NCBI GenBank assembly: GCA_963813715.1
Contig: CAWFAK010000004.1
Coordinates: 26,819-90,818, forward strand
From: an uncultured Planctomycetaceae bacterium
GTDB lineage: Bacteria > Planctomycetota > Planctomycetia > Planctomycetales > Planctomycetaceae
Reading direction: 5' to 3'
DNA: 64,000 nucleotides
In this document: piece after piece, positions 52,978 through 64,000 of the stretch
How the letters are laid out: each line of letters opens with the position of its first letter
Position numbering within the stretch: position 1 is the stretch's first letter
Notes under the pieces: model-generated
Told to the model about the DNA's origin: nothing
Database searches by the model: none
Seen by the model: the letters and a program-made list of their open reading frames with translations, nothing else
Made by a program: the position numbers and the translations under genes

Positions 52978-53760
52978 CTATGTACTCAAGGCGATCCTCG
53001 CGAGGGCCTTGGCCGCCCCCTTGCGAACCCAGCGGTCCTTGTCTCTTAGGGCGTGGATCAGCGCCGGTCGCGCAACTTCTGCGGATGGGCCGATTCGCGA
53101 CAGACCGTCGACGGCTCCCCGCCGCAAGGGTGCGCTTTCACCGTTCAAAACGTCGAGCAGAGCGGGAACGGCCAAGTCTGGCTTTTGCTCAATTTTCCAA
53201 AGGGCAACCGCGACACACGTCTCGCAATTGCCCGTTCCAGCACGCAGGTGCTCAATCAGGAGGGGCACAGCCGCTTTGGCGTCTGGGCCGATTCCTCGCA
53301 GAGCGAAAACCGCCGGGAACGGCCCCTCTTTAAGCATTTCGATCAGAGCGGGAATCGCCTCTTTTGCGCCCGGTCCTATCGCGCCCAACGCCTCGCAAGC
53401 ATGAGATTGGATCAACCAGTCCGAATGCGCAAGCAACATGATCAGCTCTGGAACAATCGGCGCACAGTCGGGCCCCACTGATCTTAAGACGTTGGCCGCG
53501 CGCCATCGCACCGATCGACGGCGATCATCGAGCCTCTCCAGTTGCCTGCGGGCATTTGCGAGGTCGATTCGCTTGGCCGGAGCGACCGCCCAGCGGGACC
53601 AACGCTGGTAGGAAACGATGATGGCCAGATACGCGAAGAGGATGACTGCCATTGCCCCGACAACGCCGTAAACGGCTGCGACGACAGCAAACGCAATGAG
53701 CAACGACATCGCCAAGATGACAAAGGGGTTCGTCGCAGGGGGAAGGTTGTGCTTAGGCAT
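52978..53760 (-). CDS. Membrane-anchored HEAT-repeat protein
   Basis: ALGAIGPGAKEAIPALIEML-type repeats after a TM hairpin. Confidence 0.82.
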   Translation of the reverse strand: MPKHNLPPATNPFVILAMSLLIAFAVVAAVYGVVGAMAVILFAYLAIIVSYQRWSRWAVAPAKRIDLANARRQLERLDDRRRSVRWRAANVLRSVGPDCAPIVPELIMLLAHSDWLIQSHACEALGAIGPGAKEAIPALIEMLKEGPFPAVFALRGIGPDAKAAVPLLIEHLRAGTGNCETCVAVALWKIEQKPDLAVPALLDVLNGESAPLRRGAVDGLSRIGPSAEVARPALIHALRDKDRWVRKGAAKALARIALST

Positions 53761-53842
53761 CGTTGAGGAAGGACCTGCGGCGGTTCTTAATGCTTGCTCT
53801 GTTTGCGTACCCAGACTGCGACCTCGTTGCGAAATTCGGGTT

Positions 53843-56152
53843 TCAAAAGAGTTCGTGGCCTTTCCGCTTAGAACTTCGCGACCGCCGCGTTAGCGTGTCA
53901 GGGTGGTCGGGGCCGAGCTTGGTCCGTCGGAGCGCGAGCGTCTCCTCGCGGAGCTTGAGCGCCTCGGCATAGCGGCCGAGTTGCGAATAGTTGTTTGCGA
54001 GATTGTTCATCGTCACGAGGGTGAAAGGGTCGTCGGGTCCGAGGCTGGCCGTCTCAAGCGCCAGCGTTTCCTCTCGGAGCTTCAGCGCGTCACGCAGCCG
54101 GCCGAGCACCATGTAGCCGACGGCAATGTTGCCCATAGTCACAAGGGTGTCGGGGTGGGCAGGTCCAAGCCTGCTTTTCTGCAGGGCCAGCGTCTCTTCG
54201 CGGAGCTTGACTGCCTCGGAATGCCGGCCCAGCGCCGTGTAGCTGGCTGCCAGGTTGTTCATGCTGGCGAGCGTCTCGGCGTGGAAAGGGCCCAGCCTGT
54301 CCTTTTGCAGCGCAAGCGTTTGCTCGGCGGAGCTTGAGCGCGTCGTCCAAGCGACCGAGGGCCGCGTAACTGCTGGCGAGGCTCGCAATGCTTCTGAGCG
54401 TGTGGGGATCGCCGGGTCCGAGGTGCGAGCGTAAAGCGCCAGGGCGCCTCGTCTTGCTCGGCCGCTCTTGCGCATCGACCGAGCAGATAAAGCGATTGGC
54501 CGAGCGTCAGGCGCAAGCGGGCCTCGATCAGCGGCTGATTCGCAAACCCCGGGTTCACGAGATGGTAGCGCCGACTCGATCGCTTTGCGCAGCGTGACGT
54601 CGTGCCCCAGTCCGCCCGCCACATTTTCGGGCCGCGCCGCCGCGAACACCCGGTTCTCCAGGAAGCCGAGCACGGCATTGGTCTCGGTCTCGCGCCAGGG
54701 CGTCGTTCTTTGCTGCTCTCTCGGAAAGTGCCGCGACGAGGGCGTCGTCTTTGGCCTTCCGCTCGGCGTGGGCCGCGACGAGGGTAGCCGCTTCGGCGTG
54801 CGTGGCCCGAATCGCTTGCCACGTCGACACCGCCGTGCCTAGCAGCAGAGCCGCAGCTACGGCCGAAACCGTCACCACCGCAGCCCGGTTCCGCTGGGCG
54901 AACTTCTTCATGCGGTAGACACTCGATTGCGGCCGGGCCGAGATCGCTTCATTGCGCAAGTAACGCTCAATGTCCTCGGCAAAGTTCCCGGGCGTGTCGT
55001 AGCGGCGGTTGCGGTCTTTCTCGAGCGCCTTCATCACCACCCAATCGAGCTCGCCCGTCAACAGCTGCTGGAGGCGTTTGACGTCCAGTCCGCGTTTGCC
55101 GGCGGCCACCGTCGCCGTGCCCCCGAGCGACGTTAAGCGCGTGCTCGGCCGCGGCGGATCTTCTTCACGGATCAGCCGCTGCACCTCCGCGTACCCTGCC
55201 TCACGCAACCGGGCGGTTTCGAGCGGAGTGGTCCCGGTCAGCAGCTCGTAGAGCAGCACTCCCAGCGAGTAAACGTCGCTGCGAGTGTCGATGTCGAGGC
55301 CGCTCATCTCCGCCTGCTCGGGACTCATGTAGGCCGGCGTGCCCAGCATTTGGCCATAGGCAGTGAACAGTGTCTTCTCTGTCAGCTTCTGGACCGTCGC
55401 CTTCGCCACGCCGAAGTCGATGACCTTCACGACTGGGACACCGTCGTGCAACGTCACCATCACGTTCGACGGCTTGATGTCGCGATGAATTATTCCCTTG
55501 TGGTGGGCGTGCTGGATGGCGCGGCAGACGTCGAGGAACAGCTGTAGCCGCGCTTTGGGCTGCACGTGATTCTTGTCGCAAAACTCGGTGATCGGCACCC
55601 CTTTGACCAGCTCCATCACGAAGTAAGGATGGCCGGACCGCGTGGCGCCGGCATCGATCACCCGGGCGATATTAGGGTGGTCCATCAGGGCCAGGGCCTG
55701 GCGTTCCGATTCGAAGCGCCGATCACCTGGGCCGTATCCATGCCGGGCTTGATGATCTTGAGCGCCACCAGCCGGCGAACCGGCTGCTCCTGCTCGGCCA
55801 TGTAGACGATGCCGAATCCGCCTTCGCCGATCTGCTGCAGGAGCTTGTAGGGGCCGATCTCGCTGCCGATCTGTTCACTCGGCCCCGCGCGACGCAGTCA
55901 CCCCCAGCGTCGGCGGCGGTTCGGGCGCTTGTTGCGCGTCGCTCAAAAGGAATCTCCCCAGATCTGCGCCTCCGCGAGATGGCGGCAATCAGGGCGCACG
56001 TTTCTTGCGCGACCGGCGCGTTGCTTGGGCAAGTTCGACCGCTATCGCCGACCGATTTGCCGCTGTGTCTCGATGGTACCAAGAGATTTTCGTTTCGTGA
56101 CAATCGAGAACGCCCGGTCGAAGACGTCTGCGACTGAGACGGCGGTCCTCAT
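53843..56152 (-). pseudogene. Ser/Thr protein kinase with TPR repeats, heavily frameshifted and truncated
   Basis: [40 protein letters not shown] repeats. At least four frame breaks plus degraded ends. Confidence 0.75.
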
Positions 56153-56344
56153 GTCGACAGCCGCTCGATTTTACCCGCGCCGGGTTCGCCGTCACCTCCT
56201 CTATCCGTGCCCGGGGACCTGCGATAGATTCCGGCATCCGCGGCCAAAGGAGGATTCGGCAACCGGCGGATCAGACCACTGATTTCGGTGCAAGATTCGG
56301 TTATGCTGAAGGGGCGTTCGCGCAGAGCGCCAGGAGTGGTTGCG

Positions 56345-58052
56345 ATGCCCACCATCGTCTGCCCCGGTTGCCAGACCAAGCTCAAAGTCGATGAGAAGGT
56401 CGGCAACAAACTGCGGTGCCCGCAGTGTCAGACCCGAATTCGCGTGGATGAAAAAGGCGAGGTTTCCTTCGTCTCGGAGACCGTCCGCCGCCCCGCGCCC
56501 CCACCGCGAAAGTCGGCAGGGGCGTCCGCGGGCTGGGTCGTTTATGGCTTGGGAGCCGCGCTGGTCAGCGTCCTGCTCGTTGTGGTCTGGCAGGCGACGT
56601 CCCGCACCACGCCGAAAAAATCCGAGCCGCCCGGAGGCACGTTGGTCGCCGAGCAAAGACCCCGACGTCGTGCCCCTTTCCCACGGCGAGAAAGAGCCAT
56701 CCCCGGCAGATGACGTCGCAGCCGAGGCCCGGAAACAGCTGCAATCGCTCGCTCACTCGAAAGTGAAACGCGATTCGTCACAGACGAAATCGTCAGAGGC
56801 GGCGTCCTCCTCGTCGCTGGCCAAGGGGCCAGCGGTCGCCAAAACGGAAGGCCCGACCGAGAAATCTCCAAAGACTTCCCCGCAATCCGCTGTCCCAACG
56901 AAGGAGGACGCGGCGACTCAACAGGATCAGCCGAAGACTGCCGCCGACGCTCAGCCCACGATCAACCTCGAGTTGGCCGATGCCATCACCGGCAAGCTCG
57001 ACGAGGACGTCGCCAGAATCGTCGGTCAATGGCAGCAGGCGTCGACCGCGTTCTTGGCGGACAAGGCGAAAACGACCGACTCCGCAAAGCTGAAATCGCT
57101 GGCCGCGAACGATCCCGCGAAGACATTCGGCTCGCAGTTGCTGGAGTTGGGCGAAAAAGCCCCAAAATCGCCGGCCGCGTTTCAGGCATTCGTGGCCGCA
57201 CTTTATGTCCTGCGAGACTCGAACTTCGATCTCACCGGCGACCTGGTCGGGCGAGCCGCCAAGCATCTCACCGATCACGCCACGGACCAGGAGATGGGGC
57301 GAGTCGCCTTGCTCGCGGCACCCCTCTGTCACCCCTCGGTGCACCGCCTGCTGCAGTCCATCCTTGATAAGACTGAGCAGCGCGACGATCGCGGTCGCGC
57401 TTGTTTCGCGCTGATCAAGAACCTGAAACTCCAGCGCGAACAAGTCAGCGAGGCGTCGGCCCTCAAGCGCATCGACAAGCAGGTCACGACCCTCGTCCGC
57501 CGGATCGAAAAGGAAGAATTTGGCGACGTGACGATCGAGAACCAGCCCATCGCCGCCGCGCTCAAAGCGCTCGCCGAGTCTGTGGTGCAAACGCTTGCCC
57601 TCGGCAGTGTGGCTCCTGAAATTGTCGGCAAGGATCTCGAGGGCAAGCGCCTCAAGCTGAGCGACTATCGAGGCAAAGTGGTCATGCTCGAATTCTGGGC
57701 CGGCTGGTGTCCCCATTGCCGCAAGCTCATTCCCGATGAGCGGGCGCTGGTCACCAAACTCAAAGATCGGCCGTTCGTGCTGCTCGGTGTGAACGTCGAC
57801 AAGAAATCGGATGCGGCCCTGATCCAGCGAAAGAAGGTCACGAACTGGCGCTCGTGGCAAGACGGCCCGTCCGGACCGATCGGCATCAAGTATCAAATCA
57901 AAGGCTATCCGACCATCTTCCTGCTCGATCGCCAGGGGAAGATCCGCTACGCCGGCTCAGCGTCGAACTGGCCGTTCTACGACGCGGTCATCAAGAACCT
58001 GCTCGCCGAAACCGAAGACGGCAAGGACTCCAAGTCGGCCAGCCGCGAGTAG
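56345..58052 (+). CDS. Zinc-ribbon + TM + TlpA-like thioredoxin protein, frameshift near 56655
   Basis: CPGC..CPQC N-terminus, TM helix, C-terminal FWAGWCPHC and YPT. Confidence 0.8.
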
Positions 58053-58067
58053 GCGATCGCTCCGGCT

Positions 58068-59087
58068 TCACGACTTGGCCGGCGTGCTCTCCAGCACTTC
58101 TGTCAGCAGCGTCGACTCCTTCCGGCTGCCGACCACAAACGGCGTCCGCTGGTGCAGGCTGGTCGGCTGAATCTCGAGAATACGACGGCGCCCGTCGGTC
58201 GCCACTCCCCCGGATTGTTCGGCCAGGAAGGCGATCGGATTCGCTTCGTACATCAAGCGTAGCTTGCCCTCGCCGTACAGGCCCGTGGGCGGATAGAGAA
58301 AGATGCCTCCTTTCACCAGCGTGCGGTGGAAGTCGGCCACAAGCGAGCCGACGTAGCGCGAGGAGTAGACGCGGCCTCCTTGCCCTTCTCGCAGCATCTG
58401 TAAGTACCGCTGGTAACCAGACGGAAAACTGGCTGAGTTGGCCTCGTTGACGGAATAGTAGGGGCCGGTCTCGGGCATCCTGAGGTTGGGGTGCGTTAAC
58501 ACGTAAGCGCCGATCAGCGGATCGAGAGTGAAGCCGTGCACGCCGTGTCCGGTGCTGTAGACAAAGAGCGTCGCTGCGCCGTAAAGGACGTATCCCGCCG
58601 CCACCTGTTTCGTGCCGGGCTGCAATACGTCCATCTCGGGCGCGCGTTCGGCGTGGCCGTCCATGTCACGGCGCAAAATGGAGAAGATGGTGCCGACGCT
58701 GACGTTGACGTCGATATTGCTGGACCCGTCGAGCGGATCGAAGATGACTACGTACTTGCCGTAACGCGGATCGCGGAGAGTCACGACCGGCTCCTCGTTC
58801 TCTTCCGAGGCCAGCACGCCGACGTTGCCGCGATTGCCCAGGCAGGTGAGCAAAGCCTGGTTTGCGAGGATGTCGAGCTTCTGCACCGACTCGCCCTGGA
58901 CGTTGGTCGTGCCCGCACTGCCGATCACGTCGACAAGCCCTGCCCGGCGAATCTGGGCGGCGACGATTTTCGTGGCCAGCGTGATCCCCGAGAGCAGCCA
59001 GGAAAACTCGCCGCTGGAATGCGGGTTGATCCGTTTCTGCTCCTCCTGGATGTGCTGCTGAACGGTAAGAAAAGCGTCGCGCTGCAT
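58068..59087 (-). CDS. fbp: Fructose-1,6-bisphosphatase class 1
   Basis: GESVQKLD, SEE, FDPLDGSSNIDVNVSVGTIF, RYVGSLVADFHR, GKLRLMYE. Confidence 0.96.
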   Translation of the reverse strand: MQRDAFLTVQQHIQEEQKRINPHSSGEFSWLLSGITLATKIVAAQIRRAGLVDVIGSAGTTNVQGESVQKLDILANQALLTCLGNRGNVGVLASEENEEPVVTLRDPRYGKYVVIFDPLDGSSNIDVNVSVGTIFSILRRDMDGHAERAPEMDVLQPGTKQVAAGYVLYGAATLFVYSTGHGVHGFTLDPLIGAYVLTHPNLRMPETGPYYSVNEANSASFPSGYQRYLQMLREGQGGRVYSSRYVGSLVADFHRTLVKGGIFLYPPTGLYGEGKLRLMYEANPIAFLAEQSGGVATDGRRRILEIQPTSLHQRTPFVVGSRKESTLLTEVLESTPAKS

Positions 59088-59452
59088 GGGGGGCGCCTGA
59101 AAAAAATGAATTATGACTGTGAACGGCGATCGGAGATTTGCGTAACTGATGTAGGGCAGAACTGCCCGCGGGGGGCATGGTACGCGCACCGGGAGGCCGA
59201 CCGCAAGCCGGAGCGAAACGCGGCGTGGAGGCGTCCCGGCGGCCGCGCGCGAACTGCGAAAATTTTGACAGAATTGTACGCTTCCGCACATCGCCGCCGG
59301 GATCGGGCTGTTATCATTTCCGATGCAGGGTGAGGACGCCGAGGTTTCCATGACGCAGTTCCCACGACGCGTTCGCCTCGTTCCCGGATCGACTCCGCTC
59401 CCTGCAATTTGAAGACGCACTGCGCGGGCCCTCAACGCAGAAGGAACGTCGG

Positions 59453-60358
59453 ATGCGGCGCGTGCGCGGATTCACCTTGGTCGAACTGCTGGTGGTGATC
59501 GGCGTGATCTGCGTGCTGATCGCGCTGTTGCTGCCGGCCGTGCAGCAGGTGCGCGAGGCGGCCCGCCGCACGACGTGCCGGAACAATCTCAAACAGCTCG
59601 GCCTGGCGTTTCATAACTATGAGAGCATCAATCGCGTGCTCCCTCCCAGCTCGACCAGCCGGATCGATCTGGGAGTCTGGAGTCCCGAGCCGACCCAATA
59701 CGCCCTGCACAGTTGGGCCGGCATGCTGCTGCCATTTGTCGAGCTGACGACAGTCGAGTCGCAAGTGAATTACGATGTGTCGGCCCTCGACCCGCTCAAC
59801 TACCAGGCGGGCGCCCAGGTGCTGGCCGTCTATCGCTGTCCGTCCTACGCGGGGCCGGCCTACAGCCAGTCGCCCCTGTACTTGCCCCTCTCCAACAAGT
59901 ACGCGATTCGCAATTACGCGGCCATGGGTGCCACGACCATCGGCAAGATGTATCTACATCCTAACGGCGTATTTTACGCCATGTCCTCGACGCGAATGGC
60001 TGACATTAAAGACGGCACGTCGAACACCATCTTCCTCGCCGAAACGCGCGAGCCGAACGCCGCGGTTTGGATCGACGGGGGCACGGGGTCGCTGACGTCG
60101 CATCCGTACGACCCGACAAGCCCGCCCGACTATGCCCTGCCCCAAATTGGCCTCAATTATTCCCCCTACTTCGCGCCGCAAAACAGCCAGGGCATCGACT
60201 GCGAGTGGGGCCCCTCGAGCATGCACCCCACGACCGTACTGCACCTCTTTGGCGACGGCTCGGTGCACTTCCTCTCGCCGCTGATTCTGCCCTACGTCTA
60301 CGACGCGCTTGTCACTCCCGACGGCGGCGAAACGATCACGGGCTTTAAGCCCGATTGA
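59453..60358 (+). CDS. DUF1559 prepilin-type protein (paralogue of 50923-51834)
   Basis: GFTLVELL..REAARR..CRNNLKQ; SMHP...FGDGSVHF. Confidence 0.93.
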   Translation: MRRVRGFTLVELLVVIGVICVLIALLLPAVQQVREAARRTTCRNNLKQLGLAFHNYESINRVLPPSSTSRIDLGVWSPEPTQYALHSWAGMLLPFVELTTVESQVNYDVSALDPLNYQAGAQVLAVYRCPSYAGPAYSQSPLYLPLSNKYAIRNYAAMGATTIGKMYLHPNGVFYAMSSTRMADIKDGTSNTIFLAETREPNAAVWIDGGTGSLTSHPYDPTSPPDYALPQIGLNYSPYFAPQNSQGIDCEWGPSSMHPTTVLHLFGDGSVHFLSPLILPYVYDALVTPDGGETITGFKPD

Positions 60359-62463
60359 TGCCCGGAGGCCTGCGCGCGTACAGCTTGCCGGCTCCGAGTG
60401 CCCGGACCGTTTCCTCGATCGCGGCGACACCCGCGACCGGTGGTCGACACGTGCCGCGCTCGCAGACGTACAGCGTCGACTCCCCGTTGAGCGATTTCTT
60501 GCCGGCCAAAGTTGCGGCCAGAATCGGCGCGATCGACTTGTCCTCGTGGCTGTGGCCGCGACGGGCGACAACCACGTTCGGCAAATAACCGGCTTCGATC
60601 GATTGCCATGCGGCGGCCGACTCCTCGGGCGACCGGCCGTCGACCAGGACCAATTCGTACGCCGGCCCGAGCAGATCGTCGAGCGCCATGAGGGCCTGTC
60701 CGACCCCCATCGTCGCGCGGGCCATTTCGCCCGACAGCATCTCGAGAGTCCGCCGGCCGGCCGAATCGAATTCTTCGCGTCCCGCAAGGCGCGCCAGCCG
60801 CAAGAGCGCGTAGGCTGCGATCCCGTTGCCCGACGGCGTGGCGTTATCGTGCAGATCCTTGCTGCGGGCAATGAGCGGTTCGTGATCGTGGGCTGTATAA
60901 AAGAATCCGCCAGTCGACTCGTCGGTAAACCGCTCGATCAAGTCATCCGACAGCTCACGCGCGAACTCCAGGTAGCGCGGCTCGCCGGTCGACTGATAAA
61001 CTTCGGCCAAGGCGTCGATCGCGCAGGCATAATCGTCGAGGTAGGCGGCCAGCCGCGCGACGCCGTCTTTAAAGACGTGCAGCAGCCGCCCTTCCGGCGT
61101 CCGCAGCTTCGTGATCAGGAAATCGGCAGCCCGCGCGGCGGCAGTCGTGAATCGCGCTTCGTCCAGTACGCGGCCCGCACGCGCCATGGCGGCGATCATC
61201 AACCCGTTCCATCCCGCGAGGATTTTTTCGTCGCGCCCCGGATGAACGCGCCCTTCCCGACGGGCGAAGAGCTTTTGGCGACTGGCGGCGAGCGATCGTT
61301 CGAGATCGGCCTCCGACAGCCCGAGCACACGCGCGGCCTCGGCGGGCGTCTTCGGGCGATTCAAGATCGTGTGCCCCTCCCAGTTCCCCTCGGGCGTCAC
61401 GTCGTAGCAGTAACAAAAGAGGCGGCTCGCCTCGGCACCAAGCACCGATTCGATTTCCGCCGTCGTCCAGACGAAGAATTTGCCCTCTTCGCCCTCGCTG
61501 TCGGCGTCTTGCGTGCTGTAGAAGCCGCCGTCCGGATGGGTCATCTCCCGCAGGACGTACTCCATCGTCTCGCGAACGACCTGCGCGAAGCGGACCTCGC
61601 CGGTCGCCTGCAGCGCATCGAGATAAGCCGACCCGAGCAGCGCATTGTCGTAGAGCATTTTCTCGAAGTGGGGGACGAGCCAGCGGGCGTCGGTCGAGTA
61701 GCGATGAAACCCGCCCCCCAGGTGATCGTAAATCCCGCCGTTCGCCATCTTGTTGAGCGTCAACACGGCCACGTCGCGTGCGTCGGCGTGGCCGAACCGC
61801 TTCCAGGTCCGCAGCAACAACCGCAGATCCATCGGGTGCGGAAACTTCGGCGCCTGGCCGAAACCGCCGTGGACCGGGTCGGCAATCCGCACGCGCGTTT
61901 CTTCGGCCAACTCGAGCAGCGAGACCTCGAGTGTCTCCGGAGCGGCGTGCGTCTGGCTGATCTGTGAGACCGCTTCGGTCAGCTCGGCCGCTCCGCGCTC
62001 GACATCGGCCCGACGCTCGTCCCAGGCTTCGTGAACGCGTTCGAGCACGTCGCGAAAACCGGGCATGCCCATCCGCGGTTCCGGAGGCCAATAGGTGCCG
62101 CCATAAAACGGCTCGAGCTGCGGCGTCAGGAAGACGGACATCGGCCAGCCGCCGCGACCGGTGAGTGCCTGTCACCGCCGACATATAGATCTGATCGAGA
62201 TCGGGCCGCTCCTCGCGATCGACCTTGATGTTGATGTAGTGCTCATTCATCACCCCGGCGATCGCCGGGTTCTCGAAGCTCTCGTGCTCCATCACGTGGC
62301 ACCAATGGCAGGCGCTATAGCCGATGGAGAGAAAGATCGGCCGATCGAGGGTCCGGGCCGCCTCGAGCGCCTCCGGCCCCCACGGGTACCAATCGACGGG
62401 ATTGTGCGCGTGCTGCTGCAGATAGGGGCTGGATTCGCGGGCCAGTCGGTTCGGCTTACTCAT
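60345..62463 (-). CDS. YyaL/SSP411 (DUF255) thioredoxin-domain protein, frameshift near 62170
   Basis: [52 protein letters not shown]. Confidence 0.92.
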
Positions 62464-62565
62464 GCGGGCATCCTCAAGGAATTCGGACGACGAATTATTC
62501 GTCCGCCCGCAGGGCAAAGTCCAAGGCCGTCGGTTTTAAAAGCTCGATTCCGCCTCTGCCCGGCT

Positions 62566-63540
62566 CTAGCTGCCGGCGTAGAACTGCTTCATCTGCACGA
62601 TTCTGCCGCGAACGAGGGCCGACTTCATCGGCTCGTAGGCAAAAACTTCCTTGTCGTTATTACGCACCGTGATGCGATAGGGCTGCTTGAGCACCTCGGT
62701 CAGGTGGTACACGGTGGCATACTCGGCCAGGTCGTCCAGCCAGTTGCGACTGCCATAGAGTGAGACGAACGGCGTGCGGCTGAGGTAGCGATAGACATCG
62801 GGAGCCCGATCGACGGGGATCGTGTCGTCGCCGTTCGTAATGAAACGAACGTGGGCCCGCAGCGGGTCACGGTAGGCGGCGACGGGCAGCGAGAGCTCGT
62901 TCCACACGCCGTTGGTGAACGTCGAGGGCGTCCTCTTGCCGATTAGGGCCGGCGTAACTTGCCCAGCCGCGTCGACGACATGCGTCGCCTCATGAAGCAG
63001 CACGTAAACCAGAGCGTCGACCTTGGTCCCGGCATCGATGTAGACGCGGAGCGGCGAGCCGGTCACGTCGTAGCATGTTTGCTCTTTCTGCGTGAGCCAT
63101 TGCGAAACGTTCTGCCGCAGGATGGCTGCGTTGACTGTAATGTCGAGCAGCCGGAAGGGCTCCTTCGGATTGATCATCGAGGTGAGGGCCGTGTTCGGCA
63201 TCCCATCGAGAAAACTCAACTCCCGCAAGTGAGCACTCAACACCCGCCGATGAACGGGAGGCAGTGTCTGCACGGCAATTTTCAGCTGCCCGCGCTCGGC
63301 CTCGGTGAGCGTGTGGACCTTCGGATCCGGACGGCCCGGCTCTTTTAACAGGGCAAGCACTGATGCCGGGGCAGGTCCGACCCGCGCCTCCAGCGGCTTC
63401 GTTGGATCGAGCCCGTGCCGGCGCTGGGCCTCAGCTCCTGGGCTGTCGGCAGCGGGCGTTTTGAGGACGCAAGCGAGTAGTGCGGCCGCGACCGTGGCAG
63501 TGAAAACAAATCGAAAGTGAAATTCCCGTCGCGCAGCCAT
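62566..63540 (-). CDS. Secreted hypothetical protein with HExxH motif
   Basis: Signal peptide; LLHEATHVVD; SLYG....DDLAE. Confidence 0.72.
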   Translation of the reverse strand: MAARREFHFRFVFTATVAAALLACVLKTPAADSPGAEAQRRHGLDPTKPLEARVGPAPASVLALLKEPGRPDPKVHTLTEAERGQLKIAVQTLPPVHRRVLSAHLRELSFLDGMPNTALTSMINPKEPFRLLDITVNAAILRQNVSQWLTQKEQTCYDVTGSPLRVYIDAGTKVDALVYVLLHEATHVVDAAGQVTPALIGKRTPSTFTNGVWNELSLPVAAYRDPLRAHVRFITNGDDTIPVDRAPDVYRYLSRTPFVSLYGSRNWLDDLAEYATVYHLTEVLKQPYRITVRNNDKEVFAYEPMKSALVRGRIVQMKQFYAGS

Positions 63541-63689
63541 CCGGGCGTCTCCTCCAAAGTCCCAAGGCCGCAGCCATGATCGATTGTGCGGCCGGAGGTG
63601 TCAAATTGGTTCGTCAGACCTTGGAAGTTGGAGCGCGAACTTGGCACCCCGGACTAATGGCCGCCTCGGTTGGGAGCTACAATCGCCGT

Positions 63690-64000
63690 ATGGGAAGCGT
63701 TCGCTCGCTCGCGTTCCGGGCTCTGGCCGCCGTCGCACTGCTGTGGGGTGCGGCGGATCGAGCCCTGGCAGGCGACGCGTTGGTTCGGGTTCGCTTTGGC
63801 GATCCGGCCTCTCCCACGACGATCGAGGGGAAGCTCGTTGTCGAGGCGGCCGACGGCGGGGTGCTGCTGCTGGGTCGGGACGGGCGGCTGCACACGATCG
63901 GGCACGCCAAGGCTCCGAAGGTCGAGCGGCTCGATCAGCCCTTTGTCCGCTTCAATTCGTCAGAGCTGGCGCGGGCCCTCTGCGATGAGCTGGGCCCCGA
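63690..64000 (+). CDS. Secreted protein, probable DUF1570 family N-terminus (runs off the window)
   Basis: MGSVRSLAFRALAAVALLWG...IEGKLVVEAADGGVLLLGRDGRL; TACAAT-N6-ATG. Confidence 0.65.
   Translation, partial: MGSVRSLAFRALAAVALLWGAADRALAGDALVRVRFGDPASPTTIEGKLVVEAADGGVLLLGRDGRLHTIGHAKAPKVERLDQPFVRFNSSELARALCDELGP

Noticed and set aside
60941..60953. AGTCATCCGACAG match to the 5' end of the leader RNA
   Set aside because: Lies inside the YyaL coding region, and the rest of the motif and the terminator are absent.

Overview
GC-rich bacterial DNA, very likely from a planctomycete: it has two DUF1559 prepilin-type proteins, a TIGR03067-type domain, a probable DUF1570 protein, a PQQ-propeller protein, Tat-exported Gfo/Idh/MocA oxidoreductases, a sulfatase and HEAT proteins. 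About 14 otherwise intact genes are split by 1-2 nt frameshifts, which points to long-read or MAG consensus errors. The left ~27 kb is accessory: a type IIIA P-type H+-ATPase, DUF2092, histidine kinases and a PP2C phosphatase, a GT4/six-hairpin/GH130 cluster, a DUF2294 (MpsC-like) gene, two diverged copies of a long repeat-rich non-coding element, and SGNH-like paralogues. The right ~37 kb is typical planctomycete housekeeping and secreted content. Best candidate for an undescribed system: a ~105-nt structured leader RNA present twice on the minus strand (5211-5316, 19457-19563). Its conserved hairpin overlaps an intrinsic terminator in antiterminator/terminator fashion, and one copy lies head-to-head with the DUF2294 gene, a candidate trans-acting regulator. 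Also notable: a three-member family of unannotated ~70-90 aa proteins, a duplicated 34-bp stop-codon hairpin, and a ~1,430-codon FHA/coiled-coil protein. No rRNA, tRNA, CRISPR array, integrase or transposase was recognised. Family names are assigned from motifs by eye, not from database searches.
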